A DNA stretch of 53,809 bases from a virus (lineage: Duplodnaviria > Caudoviricetes), in the IMG/VR virus record IMGVR_UViG_3300032214_001510, positions 1 to 53,809 of that record. One strand, given 5' to 3'. Made by a program: the position numbers and the translations under genes. The notes beneath the pieces were generated by a model. That model was not told where the DNA came from. It saw nothing but the letters and a program-made list of their open reading frames with translations, and did no database searches. Below are positions 36,807-46,683 of the stretch, piece after piece. How positions within the stretch are numbered: position 1 is the first letter of the stretch; each line of letters opens with the position of its first letter.

Positions 36807-38327
36807 GTGCATAAGTTAAAGTCTCACAAAACGGTTGAGCAGATTGCAAAGAAGCATCGTATGGAGGTTTCTTTTATTCAAAAGCAACTGGATATGGGGG
36901 AACCAATTGAGCACGAGCACACAAAAAATCATGATCTTGCTAAAGATATTGCCCTTCAACATCTAGATGAAATTCCAGATTATTATACTCGATTAATTAA
37001 AATGGAAAGAAGTGCGAAGAAAGAGCATAAGAAATTTAAGGATGTAAAAGAAGATCTTCGCAACTGGTTTAATCCATCGCACCCAGAGGGCGGTTGGAGG
37101 CGTTACAACACTAAAGGAGAGGCAATAGGACAATGTGCCAGAAAAGAGGGGGAACCCAAGCCCAAGTGCCTGTCCAACGAGAAGGCGGCGAAATTACGTT
37201 CTCAAGGGGGTGCAAAGGCGATTGCCAGTGCCGTAAGGAGAAAGAGGAGTCAGGATCCAGTGGCAAATCGTAAAGGAAAGGGTGGTAAACCAAAAATGGT
37301 ATCAAATAAAATAGAGGAGCAATCAGGAATGATTAGGTATTGCCCTAAATGTCAAAAAAATGAAATGCAAAGTGAGTGCAAGTATGGCCCTAGTTTTTGG
37401 GCGATGTACTCTACACCACCAATGCTCACAACTAATCAAATGAAATTTGATATTGCACAGGTTCATCCTACAAATGAGGGAAAAGATCATGAGTACTCAA
37501 TGGCAAGATCCGAACTTTCTACAATCATTAAAGCAGCAAAGAGATTGCAGAAAAAAATGAAAGGTGAGGGTGAAATTGAGGCTTGGGTGCAATCAAAAAT
37601 TACCAAAGCAGCAGATTATATTGACACTGCAGCAGATTATCTTGAGAGTGGAGAACATAAAGTAGATGAAGCGTGTTGGGATGGATATGAACAGCGTGGA
37701 ATGAAAAAGAAAGGAAAAAGAATGGTTCCTAATTGTGTAAAGGAAGAGAATAAACCAACCAATCCTAAACTTTGGGCAAAGTGGAAATCAAAGGCAAAAG
37801 CAAAATTTGATGTATACCCATCTGCCTATGCCAATGGTTGGGCAGCGAAGGGATATAAATCAGAAGGTGGTGGATGGAAATCTGTAAGTGAGGGAGTAAG
37901 TTTTGACATTGGTTCTGGACATAAACAAGCGCAGAAACAAGCAAAGATCAGAAATCTTGCAACTGGTACAACCAACCCCAATGAGAAGTCTGCTGCCCTC
38001 AGAAAGCTAAGTGGGCCTTCACTTCCTCTTGCAGATTCATACTCAAATTGGAGACAAGAATTGGGTGAGGATTGGCAATCAGTAAATCGCAAAGATAAAA
38101 CTGATGGTCTCAGTCAAAAAGCTGTAGATGCTTATCGTCGTGAGAATCCAGGTTCAAAACTTCAGACTGCAGTAACTGAGAAGAAACCAACTGGTAAAAG
38201 AGCAAAGCGTCGTTCCAATTTTTGCAGCAGAATGAAAGGTATGAAGTCTAAACTAACTTCTGCCAAAACTTCTAGGGATCCAGATAGCAGAATAAATAAA
38301 GCATTACGTCGTTGGAATTGTAACTAA
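36807..38327 (+). CDS. Multi-module basic protein (DUF5661-like N-terminus, DUF6321-like C-terminus)
   Basis: EHEHT...IALQHLDEIPDYYTRL at the N-terminus and RRSNFCSRM...ALRRWNC at the C-terminus. A late-promoter-like CTAAATA lies at 36777. Confidence 0.7.
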   Translation: MHKLKSHKTVEQIAKKHRMEVSFIQKQLDMGEPIEHEHTKNHDLAKDIALQHLDEIPDYYTRLIKMERSAKKEHKKFKDVKEDLRNWFNPSHPEGGWRRYNTKGEAIGQCARKEGEPKPKCLSNEKAAKLRSQGGAKAIASAVRRKRSQDPVANRKGKGGKPKMVSNKIEEQSGMIRYCPKCQKNEMQSECKYGPSFWAMYSTPPMLTTNQMKFDIAQVHPTNEGKDHEYSMARSELSTIIKAAKRLQKKMKGEGEIEAWVQSKITKAADYIDTAADYLESGEHKVDEACWDGYEQRGMKKKGKRMVPNCVKEENKPTNPKLWAKWKSKAKAKFDVYPSAYANGWAAKGYKSEGGGWKSVSEGVSFDIGSGHKQAQKQAKIRNLATGTTNPNEKSAALRKLSGPSLPLADSYSNWRQELGEDWQSVNRKDKTDGLSQKAVDAYRRENPGSKLQTAVTEKKPTGKRAKRRSNFCSRMKGMKSKLTSAKTSRDPDSRINKALRRWNCN

Positions 38328-38503
38328 TGAAATTAGATCCTGACGAGATTTCTCTGGATAATCTTACTAAGAACTTTGAGTATACAAAAATCTCTCGTGA
38401 AATTGATTCTTGTGAGGATCTAGAGTATATGAAAAATGTTGCAAAATGTTATGTGAAACTTTATTTTAAAACACAAGAAACAATCGCAGCAATGGTCAAA
38501 TGA
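38327..38503 (+). CDS. Small helical protein, candidate NblA-like phycobilisome degradation adaptor (58 aa)
   Basis: Translated by hand: MKLDPDEISLDNLTKNFEYTKISREIDSCEDLEYMKNVAKCYVKLYFKTQETIAAMVK. It is coupled to both neighbours (TAATG and ATGA overlaps). Confidence 0.6.
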   Translation: MKLDPDEISLDNLTKNFEYTKISREIDSCEDLEYMKNVAKCYVKLYFKTQETIAAMVK

Positions 38504-38823
38504 AATCCTTCAAGCAGTTCATTTCAGAAAGTGTAAATATTGCTGGAGATTTTAATGGAAATCTCTATATGAATTCATCTGTACAAGAACCAGAAGATGT
38601 TGGTGAAAACTTTTTAGCTGATATTTTATATCAGGGAAGTCTTCATAGATTAAATCTAAGAAGTAAATCTGGAATCCCTACCAGAGAAGAATTGGGTGAA
38701 CATATCCAATCTGAGTATCCTGGAGCAATTGTACATACAATTTATACTGTAGACGTATCAAATTCTCCATACAAAGTACATGATTCTCAAAGATATCACC
38801 CCTCTAAGTTAGAGTGGATTTAA
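38500..38823 (+). CDS. Hypothetical protein with capsid-targeting-like N-terminus
   Basis: N-terminus MKSFKQFISE. Confidence 0.75.
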   Translation: MKSFKQFISESVNIAGDFNGNLYMNSSVQEPEDVGENFLADILYQGSLHRLNLRSKSGIPTREELGEHIQSEYPGAIVHTIYTVDVSNSPYKVHDSQRYHPSKLEWI

Positions 38824-38827
38824 TTTT

Positions 38828-40102
38828 ATGGCACAGTGGAATAAGAAAACACAAGACTTCTTAGATCAAGAAAGAAGTCTCTTTGAGGTTTATAATATTG
38901 CAGATCACTGGGGAAACCAGACTGACTGGAGACCTCAATTTACTAACAACAACAGATTTAAAATATCTCCATATCAAACAGTATTCTTTAACACCTTTCA
39001 GTACGGTAAAGAGACTGATGTATGGGATGAAAGAATAGTTGGAATTGCAACCGCAACATTTAATACAAATTCCAGTAATGTTGTGATGCAAGTTGGTTCC
39101 ACTACAGGAAGCAAAGTTATTCGTCAAACCAAGAATGTGATGAGATACATTCCTGGTAGAGGTGCAACTCTTGCATTTGCAGTTCGTCTTGATACTCCAC
39201 AGGTAGGTATTCGCAGAAGATTTGGATTGTTTGATGATAATAATGGTGTTTTCTTTGAGGATAATGGAGGAACATATTCTTATGTAATTCGCAGTAGTGT
39301 AACTGGAATTACTACAGAAACCAGAGTATACAGAGATGATTGGAATGGTGAAAAGTTTGATGGTAATGGTTGGACTGGAGTGACTGCAGATCCAACAAAA
39401 CAACAAATGATTTCCATCAATTATGAATGGTATGGTGCTGGCATTGTGCAATTTGCTTGGTTGATGAAGAATGAGACTATTGCATCTCATACTTTTGAGA
39501 ACTCAAATACAAATCCAGGAGTGTGGTGTTCTACTCCATTCTTACCTATTAGACTTGAGATAGAAAATGTAACTGGTGTTGCAGGAACTCATTACATGTA
39601 TCAGGGTTCCAATTCTCTGATTCAGGAAGGAGAACCAGAGAAACTTGGAACTCTTTTGAGTATATCAAATCCCATCACAGGGACAACGATGGCATCGGCA
39701 AATACATTTTATCCAATTATAAGTATTCGTCTCAAATCTAATAACCTAACTGGCGTAATGCTACTGAGATCATTACAGGCAGCAACTGATGATAATACGA
39801 ATGTTTATTGGCAACTTCTACAAAATGCAACATTGACTGGAGGAACTTGGGTAAATCATCCAGATCCAAACTCTTTTATGCAGTATAATATTACTCAAAC
39901 TGCAGTGTCTGGTGGAAGTGATCTTTTGAGTGGTTTTGTGATTAATGGTAGTGGTGCTTTAGTTGATCTTGATGTTAGAGCAGCACTTCAGTTAGGTAGA
40001 AGTGGTATTGGAACAATCAGTGATACTTATACTCTTGTTTGTGCAAGTCCTAATACTAACAAGAAAGCACTTGCAGTTCTGAACTGGATTGAACAAAGGT
40101 AA
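38828..40102 (+). CDS. Putative virion structural protein
   Basis: 424-aa beta-rich ORF with VIRQTK..MRYIPG and YEWYGAG motifs. Confidence 0.65.
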   Translation: MAQWNKKTQDFLDQERSLFEVYNIADHWGNQTDWRPQFTNNNRFKISPYQTVFFNTFQYGKETDVWDERIVGIATATFNTNSSNVVMQVGSTTGSKVIRQTKNVMRYIPGRGATLAFAVRLDTPQVGIRRRFGLFDDNNGVFFEDNGGTYSYVIRSSVTGITTETRVYRDDWNGEKFDGNGWTGVTADPTKQQMISINYEWYGAGIVQFAWLMKNETIASHTFENSNTNPGVWCSTPFLPIRLEIENVTGVAGTHYMYQGSNSLIQEGEPEKLGTLLSISNPITGTTMASANTFYPIISIRLKSNNLTGVMLLRSLQAATDDNTNVYWQLLQNATLTGGTWVNHPDPNSFMQYNITQTAVSGGSDLLSGFVINGSGALVDLDVRAALQLGRSGIGTISDTYTLVCASPNTNKKALAVLNWIEQR

Positions 40103-40109
40103 TTAAATT

Positions 40110-41795
40110 ATGTCTGATGATGTTTACTTAGGTAATCCAAACCTCAAGAGGGCAAATACCCCTATTGAGTTTACGGAAGAAAATATTGTAGAATTTGTAA
40201 AATGTAAGACTGATCCTGTTTACTTTGCAAAAAATTATATTAAAATCGTAACTCTTGATCATGGATTACAACCATTTAAGATGTATCCGTTTCAGGAGAA
40301 GTTAATTAAGAATTTCCACAATCATAGATTTAATATCTGTAAGATGCCTCGTCAGACGGGCAAATCTACAACTTGTGTTTCATATTTGTTACATTATGCT
40401 ATCTTTAACGACAACGTTAATATAGCTATATTGGCGAACAAAGCATCTACGGCAAGAGATCTTCTTCAAAGATTACAACTTGCTTATGAGAACTTGCCCA
40501 AGTGGATGCAACAAGGTATTCTATCTTGGAACAAAGGTTCTTTAGAACTCGAAAATGGATCTAAAATTTCAGCAAACTCTACATCTTCATCTGCTGTCAG
40601 AGGCGGATCGTATAATATCATCTTTTTGGACGAATTTGCATTCATCCCGAATCACATTGCTGATGACTTCTTTGCCTCTGTTTATCCTACTATTTCTTCA
40701 GGTCAAAGCACAAAGGTCATCATAGTTTCCACGCCACGTGGTATGAATCATTTCTACCGTATGTGGCACGATGCAGAAAGAGATAAAAATGAATATGTGC
40801 CAACGGAAGTTCACTGGTCTGAAGTTCCAGGAAGGGATGATAAGTGGAAGGCACAGACAATTGCAAACACATCGGAACAACAGTTCAGAGTAGAATTTGA
40901 GTGCGAATTCTTAGGTTCTGTCGATACACTAATCAATCCAGCAAAACTAAGAACGTTAGTTTATGATGATCCAATAAGAAGAAATAAAGGTCTGGATGTC
41001 TATCTGAACCCGATTGAGGAACACAACTATCTCATCACAGTCGACGTTGCACGTGGTGTTGGTAGTGATTATTCCGCTTTCATTGTTTTTGATATTACCA
41101 ATTTTCCATATACAGCTGTTGCAAAGTATAAAAATAATGAAATCAAGCCAATGATGTTTCCATCAATCATTCATCAGATTGCAAAGGCATACAATGAGTC
41201 TTGGGTCTTAATTGAGGTTAATGACATTGGGGATCAAGTTTCAAACATCTTACACTTTGATCTTGAGTATGATAATGTTTTAATGTGTGCTATGAGGGGA
41301 AGAGCAGGTCAAATTGTTGGATCTGGATTTAGTGGTAAGAAATCTCAACTTGGTGTTCGCATGACCTCTGCAGTTAAGAAGTTGGGATGTTCTAATTTAA
41401 GAACTTTAATTGAGGATGACAAACTAGTCATCAATGATTATGATATTATTAGTGAATTAACTACATTCACTCAACGCCACAATACATTCATGGCAGAAGA
41501 AGGATGTAATGATGACCTTGCAATGTGTCTTGTTATTTTCTCTTGGTTAGTTGCTCAACAATATTTTAAGGAGATGACAGATAATGATGTTCGTAAGAGA
41601 ATTTATGAAGAGCAAAAAAATCAAATCGAACAAGATATGGCACCATTTGGTTTCATTATGGATGGGTTAGATGAAGATGTTTTTGTCGAAAAGCAAACGG
41701 GAGATCGATGGATGTCAGTTAAATCAAAAGATTCTATGGAGTCTTGGAATGTTGATGAATATGGAGATCGCTCTTACATGTGGGATTATAGATAA
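40110..41795 (+). CDS. gp17: Terminase large subunit gp17
   Basis: YLGNPNLK, Walker A PRQTGKST, FLDEFAF and DDLAMCL motifs. Confidence 0.97.
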   Translation: MSDDVYLGNPNLKRANTPIEFTEENIVEFVKCKTDPVYFAKNYIKIVTLDHGLQPFKMYPFQEKLIKNFHNHRFNICKMPRQTGKSTTCVSYLLHYAIFNDNVNIAILANKASTARDLLQRLQLAYENLPKWMQQGILSWNKGSLELENGSKISANSTSSSAVRGGSYNIIFLDEFAFIPNHIADDFFASVYPTISSGQSTKVIIVSTPRGMNHFYRMWHDAERDKNEYVPTEVHWSEVPGRDDKWKAQTIANTSEQQFRVEFECEFLGSVDTLINPAKLRTLVYDDPIRRNKGLDVYLNPIEEHNYLITVDVARGVGSDYSAFIVFDITNFPYTAVAKYKNNEIKPMMFPSIIHQIAKAYNESWVLIEVNDIGDQVSNILHFDLEYDNVLMCAMRGRAGQIVGSGFSGKKSQLGVRMTSAVKKLGCSNLRTLIEDDKLVINDYDIISELTTFTQRHNTFMAEEGCNDDLAMCLVIFSWLVAQQYFKEMTDNDVRKRIYEEQKNQIEQDMAPFGFIMDGLDEDVFVEKQTGDRWMSVKSKDSMESWNVDEYGDRSYMWDYR

Positions 41796-42031
41796 TGGAC
41801 TTTGATTTTGATGATCAAATCGAATTAGAACATATATTATTTTTTGAGAGAAAATGTAGAGTTTGCGGAAAGGTTAAAAATTTAATGAATGATTTTTATC
41901 TAACTCGCAAAAATAAGGGAGCGTTTCCTTCAGCATATTCTTATGAGTGCAAAGATTGCACGATAAAAAGAATTACTAATGATAGAAAAACTAAAAAAAT
42001 GGCATCAGAATGGAGTTATCCTGATTGGTGA
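41795..42031 (+). CDS. Small zinc-ribbon protein
   Basis: CRVC...YSYECKDC motif. Confidence 0.75.
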   Translation: MDFDFDDQIELEHILFFERKCRVCGKVKNLMNDFYLTRKNKGAFPSAYSYECKDCTIKRITNDRKTKKMASEWSYPDW

Positions 42032-42070
42032 GTGTTCACGCACAGTTTCCCCAATGAAAGTAACCTTTTT

Positions 42071-42078
42071 AATAAATA
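42071..42078 (+). promoter_or_regulatory. T4-type late promoter AATAAATA
   Basis: Intergenic, upstream of gp18. Confidence 0.8.
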
Positions 42079-42113
42079 TTTCTAGGTAATTTGGATTTGC
42101 GAGGGGAATTAAG

Positions 42114-44300
42114 ATGCCGCTAAATTTAGCATCTCCTGGAATCGTTGTTAGGGAAGTTGACTTAACTGCAGGTAGAGTAGACTCGGTAACTGACAAAACT
42201 GCTGCTATTGTTGCACCTTTTGCACAAGGTCCAGTTGAACTTCCAACTGTAATCACAACAGAGCAAGCACTGTTAGACACTTTTGGTAAGCCATACTCCA
42301 CAGATAAGCACTACGAGCATTGGATGGTAGCATCATCCTACCTCGCTTATGGTGGACAACTGAGTGTTGTTAGATCTGACGACACGGATCTAAAAAATGC
42401 TTTTGTTGGATCTGGCGCCAATGTCAAGATTAAGAGTAACGAACATTATGTCCAACTAGGATACGATGAAAATACTAATGCAACTTTTTTCATCGCAGCA
42501 AAAAATCCTGGATCTTGGGCAAATAACTTAAAAGTTGCTGTTATTGATGGTCTTGCAGATCAGATTGTTTCTGTTGCTTCAGCTACAACATCAGTACTAA
42601 GAGTAGGATATGGTGTTACTCAAGCAATTTCTGCAACACTTCCTGGAGTTGGTTCTACTTCGGTTTTAGATGGATATTTAAAGGGTGTTGTTACTGCAAT
42701 TGACACCAATGCTTTCTGGGTTAAACTGGTTTCACACGTTACCGCCAGTGGTACAGAAACTGCTGTTGATTATCAAGAATCTGGTGTTTATAGATTTGCA
42801 TCTGGCACTCAAATTGGCATTAGTAGCGAAGCAGGTGTAAGTGTTGCAACTACAACTTCATCTTCAGTGACTGATTGGTTTGGATCACAATCAATTGCAC
42901 TATCTAATGGCACCACAGTTGCTTGGAATGGACTTGCAGATAGGCCACAAACATCCGAGTTTTCTGCTTCGAGAGGTGGAAGATTTGATGAACTTCACAT
43001 TGTTGTAGTCGATGACAAAGGTGAGATTACTGGAAATGCAGGCACAATTCTTGAGAAGCATCTATCACTCTCAAAAGCAAAAGATGCTGAATACTCAAGT
43101 GGAAGTCCTTCATACTGGAGAAAGTATCTCGAAATAAATTCCGAGTACCTCTTTGGTGGATCTCAACCACACAATGCAATTGGTGGTATCACCACAACAT
43201 CATTCGAGCCAATTAGTATTGGTAATACCTTTACTCTCGAAAACGACATTAACTGGGATCAGAATGCATCTGCGGTTAAATTTGGTGCTCATGGAAATAG
43301 CACTCTAACTCTTCTCGGTGGATTAAATTACAATGGACAAAGTGGATTAACTACCACTGGTTCATTATCATCGGGTCTTTCTAATATTACAAGTGGTCTT
43401 GGACTTTTCGAAAACACCGAAAATTATGATGTTGATTTCATTCTTATGGGATCTGCATCTTATGATAAAGAAAATGCACAGGCAATTGCAAATAAGTGTA
43501 TTGCCGTTGCTGAGGCAAGAAAGGATGCAGTTGCATTCATCACACCATATAGAGGAGCTGCTCTAACTGATACTTCATCACAAACTGCAACAACAATTAA
43601 TTCTGATGAAGATATTACAAATAATGTAATTAGTTTCTATGCTCCATTAACCTCATCATCTTTTGCAGTTTTTGATTCTGGTTACAAGTATATGTTTGAT
43701 AGATTTAATAATACCTTTAGATACGTTCCTCTAAATGGTGATATTGCTGGAACTTGTGCAAGAAATGATATTACCAACTTCCCATGGTTCTCACCTGCTG
43801 GAACTGCAAGAGGTGCAATTCTAAACGCCGTTAAATTAGCATACAATCCATCCAAATCTCAAAGAGATAGACTTTATACAAGTAGAGTCAATCCTGTTGT
43901 ATTCCTACCAGGATCTGGAATTGTATTGTTTGGTGATAAAACAGGTCTTGCAAGGTCTTCTGCTTTCGATCGTATTAACGTTCGTAGATTGTTCATCTAT
44001 CTTGAGCAGGCAATTTCTCAAGCAGCAAGAGATCAACTCTTCGAATTCAATGATGAGATTACAAGGACTAACTTTGTAAACATCATTGAACCATTCCTTC
44101 GTGATGTTCAGGCTAAGAGAGGAATCTTTGATTATGTTGTTGTTTGTGATGAAACAAATAACACTGCTGCTGTGATAGATAGTAATGAATTTGTGGCTGA
44201 TATCTACATTAAACCTACCAGATCAATTAACTTCATTGGTCTTACATTTGTTGCCACCAGAACTGGTGTTGCGTTTGAAGAAGTAGTTGGAAACGTTTAA
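42114..44300 (+). CDS. gp18: Tail sheath protein gp18
   Basis: SPGIVVREVDLT, PWFSPAG and FDRINVRRLF motifs. Confidence 0.97.
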   Translation: MPLNLASPGIVVREVDLTAGRVDSVTDKTAAIVAPFAQGPVELPTVITTEQALLDTFGKPYSTDKHYEHWMVASSYLAYGGQLSVVRSDDTDLKNAFVGSGANVKIKSNEHYVQLGYDENTNATFFIAAKNPGSWANNLKVAVIDGLADQIVSVASATTSVLRVGYGVTQAISATLPGVGSTSVLDGYLKGVVTAIDTNAFWVKLVSHVTASGTETAVDYQESGVYRFASGTQIGISSEAGVSVATTTSSSVTDWFGSQSIALSNGTTVAWNGLADRPQTSEFSASRGGRFDELHIVVVDDKGEITGNAGTILEKHLSLSKAKDAEYSSGSPSYWRKYLEINSEYLFGGSQPHNAIGGITTTSFEPISIGNTFTLENDINWDQNASAVKFGAHGNSTLTLLGGLNYNGQSGLTTTGSLSSGLSNITSGLGLFENTENYDVDFILMGSASYDKENAQAIANKCIAVAEARKDAVAFITPYRGAALTDTSSQTATTINSDEDITNNVISFYAPLTSSSFAVFDSGYKYMFDRFNNTFRYVPLNGDIAGTCARNDITNFPWFSPAGTARGAILNAVKLAYNPSKSQRDRLYTSRVNPVVFLPGSGIVLFGDKTGLARSSAFDRINVRRLFIYLEQAISQAARDQLFEFNDEITRTNFVNIIEPFLRDVQAKRGIFDYVVVCDETNNTAAVIDSNEFVADIYIKPTRSINFIGLTFVATRTGVAFEEVVGNV

Positions 44301-44322
44301 TTAATCCAGAGGTTAAAAAACT

Positions 44323-44913
44323 ATGGCAACTAGAAATCAACTAAATCCACCTCCATTAAGGAGAATCACAGACTTCAAGAGTAAGCTCACAGGTGGTGGA
44401 GCTAGAAGTAACCTCTTCGAAGTCGTCCTCTCTTTCCCAGAGGTCGCTCCCGCAGATACTGTTGTTCTTGATAAGTCAAGATTCTTATGTAAGACCGCTG
44501 CTCTTCCAGCATCAACAGTTGCTTCACTTCCAATTGCTTTTAGAGGAAGAACTCTTAATGTTGCTGGTGATCGCACTTTCGAAAGTTGGTCAGTTAATAT
44601 TATTAACGACACTGATTTTGCGATTCGTTCAGCTTTTGAGAACTGGATGAATACAATTAACAGAGTTTCTGACAACACTGGTGTTACAGATCCAGCACTT
44701 TATCAGGCAGATGCTTTCGTCTATCAATTGGATCGTGATGGTTCTACACTTAGAGCATATCACATGTATGACATTTTCCCAACTAACATCACTGCTATTG
44801 ATCTTTCATATGATCAAGAAGGAATTGAAGAGTTTACAGTAGAGTTCCAAATTCTCTGGTGGGAAGCAATTAGGGGTAACAGTCCTAATGCTGGCGGTAT
44901 CGACATCAACTAA
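44323..44913 (+). CDS. gp19: Tail tube protein gp19
   Basis: GGARSNLFEV and FRGR.L.VAGDRTFE.W motifs. Confidence 0.95.
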   Translation: MATRNQLNPPPLRRITDFKSKLTGGGARSNLFEVVLSFPEVAPADTVVLDKSRFLCKTAALPASTVASLPIAFRGRTLNVAGDRTFESWSVNIINDTDFAIRSAFENWMNTINRVSDNTGVTDPALYQADAFVYQLDRDGSTLRAYHMYDIFPTNITAIDLSYDQEGIEEFTVEFQILWWEAIRGNSPNAGGIDIN

Positions 44914-44945
44914 ATAGAGAATAAGGTAGTTACTCAACTTATAAC

Positions 44946-46655
44946 ATGGCAAAACTTTTTGGTTTTTCAATTGATGACAGTCAAAATAAATCTAAGAGTG
45001 TAATTTCCCCCGTCCCACCTAACAATGCGGACGGGGCTGATTATTATATTCAAAGTGGATTTTATGGACAATATGTTGATCTTGAAGGAGTTTATCGTAC
45101 AGAATATGATTTAATTAGAAGATATCGTGAGATGGCATTACACCCAGAGTGTGATAATGCAATAGAAGATGTTGTAAATGAAGCACTTGTAAGTGATTTG
45201 TATGACTCACCTGTAGAAATTGAGTTATCAAATCTAAATGCGAGTGATAAATTAAAGGAAAAAATTAGAGAAGAGTTTAAGCATATTAAAGAAATGCTTG
45301 ACTTTGATAAAAAATGTCATGAAATTTTTAGAAACTGGTACGTTGATGGACGTCTTTATTATATTAAAATAATTGATGTTAAGGATCCAAAGGCAGGAAT
45401 TCAAGAATTAAGATATGTTGATCCATTAAAAATCAAATATGTTCGTCAAGAAAAAAAGAGTGACAATAGAGTTCCACCATTATTAAACACTCAAAAAGAG
45501 ATGGTGGATAATCCAGAAATTGAGGAGTTCTTCATCTACACTAAAGGTGGGAACAATTATGCCAGTGGAACTTTTGGTGGTGGTTCATCAGGTGGAAGCA
45601 AAGGTTCTGTTAAAATTGCAAAAGATTCGATAGCATATTGCACTTCTGGATTACTTGACAGAAATAAAAATACTGTTCTTTCATATCTCCATAAAGCAAT
45701 CAAGTCACTCAATCAACTAAGAATGATTGAGGATTCTCTTGTAATTTACAGACTATCACGTGCTCCAGAAAGAAGAATTTTCTACATTGACGTGGGTAAT
45801 CTTCCCAAAGTAAAAGCAGAGCAATATCTCAAAGATGTGATGATGCGTTATCGTAACAAACTTGTTTATGATGCACAAACTGGAGAAGTTCGTGATGATC
45901 GCAAATTCATGAGTATGATGGAAGATTTCTGGCTTCCACGTAGAGAAGGTGGTCGTGGTACAGAAATCACAACTCTTCCTGGTGGACAAAATCTAGGTGA
46001 ACTTGCTGATATTGAGTATTTCCAAAAGAAACTCTATAGAGCACTTGGAGTTCCAGAATCAAGAATTGCCTCTGATGGTGGTTTTAATCTCGGTCGTTCT
46101 TCTGAAATTTTAAGAGATGAACTTAAGTTTGCTAAGTTTGTTGGTCGTTTAAGAAAGCGTTTTGCCAATCTTTTTAATGATATTTTAAGAACACAACTAA
46201 TTCTTAAAAATATTGTTAGTCCAGAAGACTGGAATGTGATGAGTGATCATATTCAGTATGATTTCTTATACGACAACCAATTTGCGGAACTTAAGGAATC
46301 TGAGCTAGTTAACAATAGATTAGGAACACTCTCAACTATTGAACCATATATTGGTAAGTATTTTTCTACTGAATATGTTCGTAAAAGAATCCTTCGCCAA
46401 ACAGATGCTGAGATTATCGAAATTGATACTCAAATTCAGGATGAAATTAAAAAAGGAATTATTCCTGATCCAAATGCAGTTGATCCAATTACTGGAGAAG
46501 CACTTCCACCAGAGGGTCAAGAAATGGGAGCAGGTGATTTAGGTCAGAATCCAATGTCCGATATGGGACAAGTTCCAACTGAACCTGATTTGGAAGCACA
46601 AGCAGCAGAATTTGATACTGGTCTGAAAAAAGATACTAAAAAAGCAGAGATATAA
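44946..46655 (+). CDS. gp20: Portal vertex protein gp20
   Basis: RAPERRIFYIDVGNLPK and EDFWLPRREGGRGTEI motifs. ACTAAATA lies upstream at 44909-44916. Confidence 0.98.
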   Translation: MAKLFGFSIDDSQNKSKSVISPVPPNNADGADYYIQSGFYGQYVDLEGVYRTEYDLIRRYREMALHPECDNAIEDVVNEALVSDLYDSPVEIELSNLNASDKLKEKIREEFKHIKEMLDFDKKCHEIFRNWYVDGRLYYIKIIDVKDPKAGIQELRYVDPLKIKYVRQEKKSDNRVPPLLNTQKEMVDNPEIEEFFIYTKGGNNYASGTFGGGSSGGSKGSVKIAKDSIAYCTSGLLDRNKNTVLSYLHKAIKSLNQLRMIEDSLVIYRLSRAPERRIFYIDVGNLPKVKAEQYLKDVMMRYRNKLVYDAQTGEVRDDRKFMSMMEDFWLPRREGGRGTEITTLPGGQNLGELADIEYFQKKLYRALGVPESRIASDGGFNLGRSSEILRDELKFAKFVGRLRKRFANLFNDILRTQLILKNIVSPEDWNVMSDHIQYDFLYDNQFAELKESELVNNRLGTLSTIEPYIGKYFSTEYVRKRILRQTDAEIIEIDTQIQDEIKKGIIPDPNAVDPITGEALPPEGQEMGAGDLGQNPMSDMGQVPTEPDLEAQAAEFDTGLKKDTKKAEI

Positions 46656-46658
46656 ATA
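46651..46658 (+). promoter_or_regulatory. T4-type late promoter TATAAATA
   Basis: Perfect consensus overlapping the gp20 stop codon. Confidence 0.8.
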
Positions 46659-46683
46659 AAACATAGACCTATATTTAATTTTT

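Noticed and set aside
38861-39490. 209-aa minus-strand ORF
   Set aside because: It lies entirely antisense to the 424-aa + strand gene and has no recognisable motifs.
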